A stretch of DNA of 47,287 nt from Planctomycetota bacterium (lineage in GTDB: Bacteria; Planctomycetota; Phycisphaerae; Phycisphaerales; UBA1924). Position 1 is the first letter of the stretch. Each line of letters opens with the position of its first letter. The stretch lies in contig JBCBZP010000021.1 in NCBI GenBank assembly GCA_039815285.1, positions 1 through 47,287 of the forward strand. The letters run 5' to 3'. The notes beneath the pieces are model-generated. The model was not told the DNA's origin. It worked only from the letters and a program-made list of their open reading frames with translations, and did not search any database. Positions 40,447 through 47,287 of the stretch are shown here, one piece after another. The position numbers and the translations under genes were made by a program.

Positions 40447-41139
40447 TCAGCCAAGCAGCTCGACGAGCCGTTCGGGCTCGTAGGGCCCGCTGGCCAGAGC
40501 GCGCGTTGCGGTTTCGAACCCCGCGGCGTCCGTGCGTTCGCGGACCGCTTCCGAGCGGTCCTGCTCAACCCGGGTGAGCTCGACCGAGAGGGTCGCGGCC
40601 GCAGCGTTCTCCGAGGCGATCAGCACTCGGGCGACCGACCGCTGCCCATCCGTGCCGCTCGGAGTCTTATCAACGCGTGTGGCGGACGCTTCGTTTCCTG
40701 CCGGCAACGGAGCTTGTCGCTCGTCGGCCTCACGCTGACGCTGGGTCCGCTGATCGCTTTGCTCGCGCTCGGTCCGTTCTGACCGCCGCTCGTCACGCTT
40801 GAGAGCAGCCCGACGCACCTGCGACCTCAGGTCACGATCGAGAACCCTTGGTGAATCGCTCTCGCGAAGGAGGCGGACAACTGCATCCGCTCGAACGTCC
40901 TGCTCGATGAGGCGAAGGACCTCTCCGCCGCCGATACCGACCCGACCGACCACGGCCGCATCATCGCCGCCCCGACCAGACGTCAGCCCCGCAGAGCTTT
41001 GCGAGCGTTCGCCGAGCGACGCTCCGACCAACAGCGCGTTGCGGACCCGAGTGAAGGCCTCGCTCGTTGAACCAACGGCGTTCAGACCTCTTTCCGTCCC
41101 GGCAGCCGATCCTGCCCCACGTAACGATTGCACCGTCAT
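40447..41139 (-). CDS. hypothetical highly charged (Arg/Glu/Asp-rich) protein
   Basis: ATG 41139 with GGAGG 6 nt upstream. 230 aa with an extended charged segment (RDERRSERTEREQSDQRTQRQREADERQ). No family recognised. Immediately upstream of apaG on the same strand. Confidence 0.45.
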   Translation of the reverse strand: MTVQSLRGAGSAAGTERGLNAVGSTSEAFTRVRNALLVGASLGERSQSSAGLTSGRGGDDAAVVGRVGIGGGEVLRLIEQDVRADAVVRLLRESDSPRVLDRDLRSQVRRAALKRDERRSERTEREQSDQRTQRQREADERQAPLPAGNEASATRVDKTPSGTDGQRSVARVLIASENAAAATLSVELTRVEQDRSEAVRERTDAAGFETATRALASGPYEPERLVELLG

Positions 41140-42004
41140 CAGGCGCCTCCGCTCTAGGCTGCTGGTTCCCTTCATCTGGTGACCCACTACGGGTCGCCCG
41201 ATCAAAGCATCCGCACGCTCGGCCGGTCTCCTCAAACAACACATCGAAGCATCGGTTGTACGGTCGGCGATGACCACGGTCGAACGCCGTAGATCGTGGA
41301 CTCGCACTTGCAAACACCGCACAGCTTGCGCCATCCACGCTGCTCGTTTCGTTCAGGCGCAACGCGACGTCCCGAAACGCAGTTCCCGGGCTCTTATAAG
41401 GACCGAGCAGCCGATCTTCGGTCGGCTCTGGATCGTCACCGAGGGGCTGCCCTGCTTTTAGGCTGCCCTGCTTGTTTCGTTGACATCGTGCCCGAGCCCG
41501 GTCCGCCGTGGGCCTCCCCGTCGCCTCGCCGCGTCCTCGCGATCGCAGCGATTCACTCGCTCGCACCAGGAGCCACGACCGTTGTTGTCCTCGCGGTCAT
41601 CGTTCGGCAGCCCCGATGGGGTCGGGTGCAGACGCCGCTCCGAGCCACCGATCGGATCTACCGGTGTCCTGCACGACGCCGCCGGCCAAGGCGAGCCCCG
41701 GCTTGATGACAGAGGTCTCGATCACCATGTTGCGGGGGGTGCTCCTCCGGCACACGACGCTGACCCGAAAGAGCGGCGCCACCCCTCGGACTCTTGCAAC
41801 GATATTGTGCCCGAACGGTGTGTGTTGATGGTGGGCAGGTGGGACAAGAGTAAGAAAAAAGCAAGAGGGAGAGCTCGCCTTCCCAAAGCCACACATCTTC
41901 TCGGCAACGCTCTCGTGATCCGCGTCGCGTCGGCAAACAAGTTCGCACACCAGCCCCAGGCAACCGAAGCCAACCTCAAGGCAACCGAAGAAGGAACGAC
42001 CACG

Positions 42005-43141
42005 ATGCCCACCCCCACCCCTGCCTCTGCCTCTGCCTCTGCCCACAGCCACGGCGCTACAGCCCTTGACCACTACGTCACGCTCGGCCGCACGGGCCTG
42101 CGCGTGAGCCCCCTGTGCCTGGGCACCATGACCTTCGGAAAGGAATGGGGCTGGGGCTCGACGCCCGAGGACTCGGTCAAGATCACCGACGCGTATCTCG
42201 ACCGCGGCGGCAACTTCATCGACACCGCCAACATCTACACCAAAGGTCATTCCGAGCACATCCTCGGCGAGCACCTGAGCAATAACCCGGCGAAACGCGA
42301 CCGGCTCGTCATCGCGACCAAGTGCACCGGCAACATGTTCGAGGGCGACCCCAACGGCGGCGGGGGCGGGCGCCTCGCGCTCATGAACGCGGTGGAGGAG
42401 TCGCTCCGCCGGCTCAAGACGGACCGCATCGACCTGCTCTGGGCCCACTTCCACGACAAGCACACGCCGATCGAGGAGACCCTCCGCACCTTCGACGACC
42501 TCGTGCGCCAGGGCAAGGTGCGGTACCTCGGGCTCAGCGACCACCCCGCCTGGCTCTGCGCCCACGCGCAGGGGCTCTGCACGCTCCGCGGCTGGGAGCC
42601 GCTCGCAGCGATCCAGATCGAGTACTCGCTCATCGAGCGCTCGGTCGAGGGCGAGCTGCTGCCCATGGCCGAGGAGCTCGGGCTGGGCGTCACCCCTTGG
42701 AGCCCGCTCAAGGGCGGCATCCTCACCGGCAAGTACACCCGCGACAAGATCGACCAGGCCGAGGGCCGCGGCGCCTCGTGGACACGCGACATCGACGATC
42801 GCGGCTTCACCATCATCGACGCGCTCGTCGAGGTCGCCGAATCGGTCGGCTGCACGCCCGCCCAGGCGGCCCTCAAGTGGGTCCAAGACCGGTCCGCCGT
42901 CACGAGCACGATCATCGGCGCCCGCACCATGGACCAGCTCACCGCCAATCTCGGCGCGCTCGCCGTCGAACTGACACCGGAGCACACCGAGAAGCTCGAG
43001 AAAGCAAGCCACCAGCGGCTGGCGTTCCCCCACGACTTCCTGCGGACCATTCCGACCGTCATCCAGGGTGGCACGAGCATCAACGGGCACGCCTGTGAAC
43101 CATGGCCGATGGCGCCGCAGGTCGCTGACAAAAGTTTTTGA
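42005..43141 (+). CDS. aldo/keto reductase family oxidoreductase
   Basis: AAGGA upstream of ATG 42005. Motifs LGRTGLRVSPLCLGTMTFG, IDTANIYTKGHSE, LVIATKC, DLLWAHFHD, VRYLGLSD and IEYSLIER are typical AKR signatures. Confidence 0.85.
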   Translation: MPTPTPASASASAHSHGATALDHYVTLGRTGLRVSPLCLGTMTFGKEWGWGSTPEDSVKITDAYLDRGGNFIDTANIYTKGHSEHILGEHLSNNPAKRDRLVIATKCTGNMFEGDPNGGGGGRLALMNAVEESLRRLKTDRIDLLWAHFHDKHTPIEETLRTFDDLVRQGKVRYLGLSDHPAWLCAHAQGLCTLRGWEPLAAIQIEYSLIERSVEGELLPMAEELGLGVTPWSPLKGGILTGKYTRDKIDQAEGRGASWTRDIDDRGFTIIDALVEVAESVGCTPAQAALKWVQDRSAVTSTIIGARTMDQLTANLGALAVELTPEHTEKLEKASHQRLAFPHDFLRTIPTVIQGGTSINGHACEPWPMAPQVADKSF

Positions 43142-43157
43142 CAGCCCTTGACAGCCC
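43138..43157 (+). promoter_or_regulatory. perfect tandem direct repeat TTGACAGCCC x2 (two -35-like TTGACA boxes) at the boundary of the AT-rich islet
   Basis: ttTTGACAGCCCTTGACAGCCCttattaacg, overlapping the AKR stop codon and 48 nt upstream of the first islet ORF. A TATTAA -10-like element follows, but its spacing to either box is non-canonical. Confidence 0.4.
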
Positions 43158-43204
43158 TTATTAACGTGAACCGAAGCTAGTTGTTATTCATTAAGTGAGC
43201 CGTT

Positions 43205-43396
43205 ATGCATTATATTCAACGTAAAGTTCTCGCCGCTGCATGTCTCTCAGTATGTTTGCCAGCATCAGCACAGTGTGTTTCTGATCAAAACCATGATGGT
43301 TTCTTAGCCGGCGACGATTACAACGTGTGGGCCGCGGGCTTCTTGGCCAATGACCCCGTTGCAGACATCAACAATGAAAGATATGAGAAACATTGA
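43205..43396 (+). CDS. small secreted peptide carrying a single, truncated dockerin-type repeat
   Basis: 63 aa. Signal peptide MHYIQRKVLAAACLSVCLPASAQ. The mature part DQNHDGFLAGDDYNVWAAGFLANDPVADINNE aligns to the first repeat and linker of the dockerin modules above, and stops where the second Ca-loop would begin. AT-rich codon usage. Confidence 0.45.
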   Translation: MHYIQRKVLAAACLSVCLPASAQCVSDQNHDGFLAGDDYNVWAAGFLANDPVADINNERYEKH

Positions 43397-43643
43397 AGGG
43401 AACATTATAAAAGGCATGATTGCGGGTGAGCTGACAAAGGCTGCTGGCGTAGTTTTATTTTTCATCCCAGCCGCACAAGGTCCGGGCATCGGTGTTATTA
43501 CAAGCGGCATACTGCTTGAAGCTACGACCTTGACGGATGCATTCATTGACCAAAAGACTGCCCAAGCGAACGACACGGCCTGTCGGGACACGGCTCTCAA
43601 GAACCTTCAGATTCGTGTTTGCGGTGTCGGAAATACTCCATAA
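43374..43643 (+). CDS. small hydrophobic hypothetical protein
   Basis: 89-aa ORF overlapping the end of the preceding ORF in another frame. Hydrophobic segment AAGVVLFFIPAAQGPGIGVITSGILL. AT-rich codon usage. No family recognised. Confidence 0.35.
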   Translation: MKDMRNIEGNIIKGMIAGELTKAAGVVLFFIPAAQGPGIGVITSGILLEATTLTDAFIDQKTAQANDTACRDTALKNLQIRVCGVGNTP

Positions 43644-43691
43644 TATACCAACAAATCGCCCCGATGAGGAGTATGCAACGGGACTCTTTTT

Positions 43692-44117
43692 ATGACAATC
43701 GATCGTCCACATTTTTCTTTTTACGTATTGTTATCACTATTTGAAGCTTGGGCTATTTTCCTTTATTTTTTGGTGGTGTTTGGGCTTCAACTAGATTCAT
43801 TTGCTGTTCAGCTTGTACTCATTTCCGGTATTTTCCCAACAACTATCTATGTTCTCTTTTTCCTCTTCGCACCACTCACCGCGTCGCAAATACAAATTTT
43901 TCCAGACACTGTTCATGTACACTGGCGGTTCGGGCCACAGGAACAGCGACCTATTGAAGAAGTTCGTTTAGAGGTGGGACACGTATGGATCGTCCCAATA
44001 TCGCGTCTTGCGTTTCGAATCAATCGGAAGTGGGTGATGTGCTGGACAACTCCGGAATGTGCCAACGATATAAAGGATATCTTTGACGCTGCCCAAGGAC
44101 GCGTTCGCGATTCATAG
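43692..44117 (+). CDS. small membrane protein (2 TM helices + C-terminal soluble domain)
   Basis: 141 aa with two clear hydrophobic helices (FYVLLSLFEAWAIFLYFLVVFGL, LVLISGIFPTTIYVLFFLFAPL) and a C-terminal region reminiscent of bacterial PH-like (YdbT/DUF304-type) domains. AT-rich codon usage. Confidence 0.45.
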   Translation: MTIDRPHFSFYVLLSLFEAWAIFLYFLVVFGLQLDSFAVQLVLISGIFPTTIYVLFFLFAPLTASQIQIFPDTVHVHWRFGPQEQRPIEEVRLEVGHVWIVPISRLAFRINRKWVMCWTTPECANDIKDIFDAAQGRVRDS

Positions 44118-44221
44118 TGGCTTCAGAAAAATCGTTCTTTCCTTGTATGCAAAGAAACACCGAAGCCCAAGATGAACCTGGGCTTCGGCGGAGGAGAGAG
44201 AAGACACTTTGGCTATACCAC

Positions 44222-44263
44222 CGAGGTCCCGCGGTGTTCACGGACCTCGTGATTTTCATTATT
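44222..44263 (+). terminator. rho-independent terminator closing the AT-rich islet
   Basis: CGAGGTCC-cgcggtgttca-GGACCTCG hairpin followed by TGATTTTCATTATT. Confidence 0.65.
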
Positions 44264-44477
44264 GAATCTGAACGAAAAGCCCAATCAAAGACCGAGCGGG
44301 CCGCCTCAGCCCGCCCGGACACTGGCTTGTGAGCCCTGGAAACGCACGGGGCTGCATCACAGTATCGGCAACTGCCGCTCTTTCTCTGAGATGTACAACG
44401 CCGTATTTCTCGATATTTATGTCAACCATCAAGGCTTCAAGCTCGACACGGGGACTTTGCCTGATAAAGATGAAACT

Positions 44478-44810
44478 ATGAGCGAAGCATCCACCATGCC
44501 CGTCTATGACACGACCACGGACCAGTCGACCGAGAGCGAGTGGCCGAAGCCCTGGAACGTGGTGCTGCTCGACGACGATGACCACACCTACGACTACGTG
44601 GTGCGGCTCGCGATGGACCTCTTTGCCCATCCGCTGGAGCAGGCGTTCCAGATCGCCAAGGCGGTCGACGAGGACGGCCGGGCCGTGCTCCGGACGACGC
44701 ACCGCGAACTCGCAGAACTGAAGGCCGAGCAGGTGCGGGCCTTCGGCGTCGACCAGCTCGTGTCCGAGTGCGTGGGCTCGATGACCGCGATCATCGAACC
44801 CGCCGAGTGA
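44478..44810 (+). CDS. clpS: ATP-dependent Clp protease adaptor ClpS
   Basis: PWNVVLLDDDDHTYDYVVRLAMDLFAHPLEQAFQIAKAVDEDGRAVLRTTHRELAELKAEQVRAFG is the ClpS core. Start at internal ATG 44478, giving about 110 aa as expected; the longer track ORF begins in AT-rich non-coding DNA. Confidence 0.8.
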   Translation: MSEASTMPVYDTTTDQSTESEWPKPWNVVLLDDDDHTYDYVVRLAMDLFAHPLEQAFQIAKAVDEDGRAVLRTTHRELAELKAEQVRAFGVDQLVSECVGSMTAIIEPAE

Positions 44811-44881
44811 TCTCCCGCGGCCTGTCCTTCCGCTGACAGGCGGCCCGAGGACAACGCGTTCCGCAGCGACTAATCTCGATC

Positions 44882-45817
44882 GTGGCAAAGCCCTCAAACC
44901 AAGCCGGGCCCGTGATCGTGCTCGCCGAGGAGCTCGAGCCCGAGCCCGCGACCTGGCTCGCCGAACGGACCGATCTCCGCCGCGTCCACTTCTCAGAGCC
45001 CGACTTCGACCGGCACCTGGCCGACGCCGAGGGGCTGATCATCCGCTCGTACACCCGGGTTGACCGGGCATTGCTCGCCAAGGCGCCGAAGCTTCGAGCC
45101 GTGGCCCGCCCGGGCGTCGGGCTGGACAACGTCGACCAGCCGGCCTGCCGCGAGCGGGGCGTCGCGGTGTTCACGACGCCCGGTGCGAACGCACAGGCCG
45201 TGGTCGAGCTGGTCTTCGCGTTCGCGTTCGACGGGCTGCGGCCGCGGTTCTTCCTCGAGCAGCCCATGACCCTGCCCGACTGGAAGAAGTACCGAGAAGA
45301 GGTCACGGCCGACCGAGAGCTCGGGTCGATGACGGTGGGCGTGCTGGGCGCTGGGCACGTCGGCTCCCGAGTGTGCCGGGCGGCGCTGGGCTTTGGCTCG
45401 AGTGTTGTCTACTGCGACCTCGACCCGTCGATCATGATCGAGGGAGCGGCACGCGTCGATCGGAACACGCTGCTGGCGACCGCCGACCTGGTCTCAGTCC
45501 ATATCGACGAGCGGACCGAGAACCGCCACCATATCGACGCCGACGCGTTCGGGCGCATGAAGTCCGACGTCGTGTTCATCAACACCGCGCGGGGGTTGGT
45601 GGTTGATGCGCATGCCTGCGCCGAGTTTTTCATCAACCACCCCGCGGCCTGCGCCATGCTCGACGTACACGACCCCGAGCCCTTCGACGCGACCTACCCG
45701 CTGTTAGACATCGACAACGTCCACCTCTCGCCGCACATCGGCGGGGCGACCAAGCCCGCGAAGCTTGCGATGAGCTGGGTAGTCAAAGACTTGCTCAGCT
45801 ACCTCGCCAGCCCCTAG
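44882..45817 (+). CDS. D-isomer-specific 2-hydroxyacid dehydrogenase family protein
   Basis: NAD-binding motif VGVLGAGHVGSRV, catalytic-domain motifs (NTARG, HDPEP...LSPHIGG) and overall PGDH/GyaR-like architecture. Confidence 0.8.
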   Translation: MAKPSNQAGPVIVLAEELEPEPATWLAERTDLRRVHFSEPDFDRHLADAEGLIIRSYTRVDRALLAKAPKLRAVARPGVGLDNVDQPACRERGVAVFTTPGANAQAVVELVFAFAFDGLRPRFFLEQPMTLPDWKKYREEVTADRELGSMTVGVLGAGHVGSRVCRAALGFGSSVVYCDLDPSIMIEGAARVDRNTLLATADLVSVHIDERTENRHHIDADAFGRMKSDVVFINTARGLVVDAHACAEFFINHPAACAMLDVHDPEPFDATYPLLDIDNVHLSPHIGGATKPAKLAMSWVVKDLLSYLASP

Positions 45818-46331
45818 CACGAACCACCAGGACAACATCCGCGAACAGCACACACCTCACGCTCCGATGGACCTTCTTGGCAGATCGTTTCTGTATCCGA
45901 GCTTTGAGATCCAGAACCGCGTTCACTTGAAGAGGCGACCATCGTTTCGACACACACGACGGATTCCCTGATCCGTTTCAAACCGCATTCAGGCCACGCA
46001 CGAGAATCCGGGTCAAGGACGCACGAAAACACGGCACAAAGCGGACTTGCTGCCCGGGCCTGGCAGCATAACAGACGCGAAAACCTTCGGTCACAGCATC
46101 GAAAAAAAGAGCATGATAGAATAATTACAAATATGAATAAGAGAGCCACAATTACATCGACAAGGCATCAAAGTTTACCAGAAGTAATTACACATAGTCA
46201 TGAACATTGATCGCACAATGTACAAGTATATCAAACAACACTGTATATCAAGCCAAGACGTCCCTGTTACCGATCACCGCAACACCATAAACCCAGGCCG
46301 ACCGACGCGGTTAAACACGACGCTGTATCAT

Positions 46332-46610
46332 CTAAAAAAATGACCGCATAGATCTGAAGTTCCGCGCGGCCTTCCACCAGAGGTGTCGCCTTTCGAGGCC
46401 GAACACCTCACCGCACTCGTGGCAAGCGAACGCCTGCCGATCCAACAGATAGCCGCAGGCCGTACAGGGTGGCTTCTGGCTGCGAGCGTGCCTGTAAGCG
46501 ATACGTGCGAATATCCGGCCCAGGTATCGCGAGAAAAATAGGTTCGCTGGAAATACCAGAAGGAAGAACAGCGACGGGACAAATCTCAACAAGCCTGTCA
46601 AATTCAACAT
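46332..46610 (-). CDS. small TM + zinc-ribbon protein (paralog 1)
   Basis: MLNLTGLLRFVPSLFFLLVFPANLFFSRYLGRIFARIAYRHARSQKPPCTACGYLLDRQAFACHECGEVFG: a hydrophobic helix, then a basic juxtamembrane motif, then CxxC...CxxC. The start is uncertain (track ORF 46332..46727). Confidence 0.45.
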   Translation of the reverse strand: MLNLTGLLRFVPSLFFLLVFPANLFFSRYLGRIFARIAYRHARSQKPPCTACGYLLDRQAFACHECGEVFGLERRHLWWKAARNFRSMRSFF

Positions 46611-46978
46611 AGAGTATATCGTATAGTAGATAACAAGTATAATTAATAATAATATATTATATAAAATCATATATTTAATAAGCTTTTTAGTGAGATACAC
46701 TGATTTAACGCCAAAAATTCTCCACACACCGCGTTTAGGGTGTGCCGGGATTTATTCAAATACAAAGATGGTCTACGGGCCCTGGTCCCCCAACTCTTCA
46801 ACTAAAAAGTGGCTTTATCGATACTAATACGCAACCCCTAGCGCAGTACGAATGCATGCCCAAAGTCATATCCTATCTTCGCACAGGCAGATACTGCCGA
46901 CAGAATATACCACCAGCCATAACACTGGTAATATCTCTACACAACATACCATCTTCTATATATTTCAGGGATACATTT

Positions 46979-47269
46979 TTATATCCATATACGCGCTCTT
47001 TTCAACAGTAGACCCACGTTACGCCAGGTATCACGGACGTTTAAGCATGTTTTACAGCCGCATTCGGGGCACATAGTAGAATCTGGTTCGAGGGCGTACG
47101 AACACATCATGCACGGCGGGTGTGTTCGGCGCGCTTGCCGATAAGCTCGGAGTGCAAACTTCCGGCCAAAGTATCTCGAGCACAATAGGTTCACTGGAAA
47201 AATTAGCAAAAGAATGAGAATAGAAATGATTCTTGCAACAAACGTATCAGAGATGTGGGGTAAAAACAC
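46979..47269 (-). CDS. small TM + zinc-ribbon protein (paralog 2)
   Basis: ...ARIISILILLLIFPVNLLCSRYFGRKFALRAYRQARRTHPPCMMCSYALEPDSTMCPECGCKTC. It aligns position by position with paralog 1 (FPxNL, SRYxGRxFAxxAYRxAR, PPCxxCxYxL, CxECG). GTG start near the window edge. Confidence 0.45.
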   Translation of the reverse strand: MFLPHISDTFVARIISILILLLIFPVNLLCSRYFGRKFALRAYRQARRTHPPCMMCSYALEPDSTMCPECGCKTCLNVRDTWRNVGLLLKRARIWI

Positions 47270-47287
47270 TTGAAAACAAAAAAGTAC

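Noticed and set aside
41597-43131. Minus-strand ORFs (497 aa and 294 aa) antisense to the aldo/keto reductase
   Set aside because: AKR signatures are unambiguous on the plus strand.

Overview
This 47.3-kb window is a high-GC (about 65-70%) bacterial chromosomal segment, most consistent with Planctomycetota-like DNA (an inference from GC content, multiple dockerin-like modules and gene content). It is interrupted by several AT-rich islets.

Recognisable housekeeping genes:
- gyrB, 3' end only
- asnS and argS
- tRNA-Arg(CCT) and tRNA-Gln(CTG)
- recQ-family helicase, clpS, and a phoH plus 7TM-HD (PgpH-like) pair
- OsmC-like and ApaG-like proteins
- a flotillin/SPFH protein

Transport, sensing and regulation:
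- MsbA-like ABC exporter
- GltP-type symporter
- BtuF-like binding lipoprotein
- porin with a clear intrinsic terminator
- an adjacent OmpR-type response regulator and PhoR-like kinase
- a full-length MCP plus a short repeat-rich MCP paralog with an identical signalling tip
- a STAS-domain protein

Most notable accessory content:
- Four secreted proteins carrying dockerin-type Ca-binding repeats (D-x-N-G-D/N-G...DDFNAWLxAF), including a 768-aa DUF1028 + FG-GAP + Ig-like + dockerin protein, but no cohesin partner in the window.
- An AT-rich islet (43.14-44.33 kb) with three small AT-codon-biased ORFs: a truncated secreted dockerin peptide and two small membrane proteins. It is bounded by a tandem TTGACAGCCC repeat and a strong terminator.
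- A terminal AT-rich islet carrying two tandem paralogous small proteins, each with a transmembrane segment and a zinc ribbon (PPCxxC...CxECG).

No CRISPR array, transposase or rRNA was seen. Many long ORFs in the six-frame track are antisense artefacts of the high-GC background and are listed as rejected.
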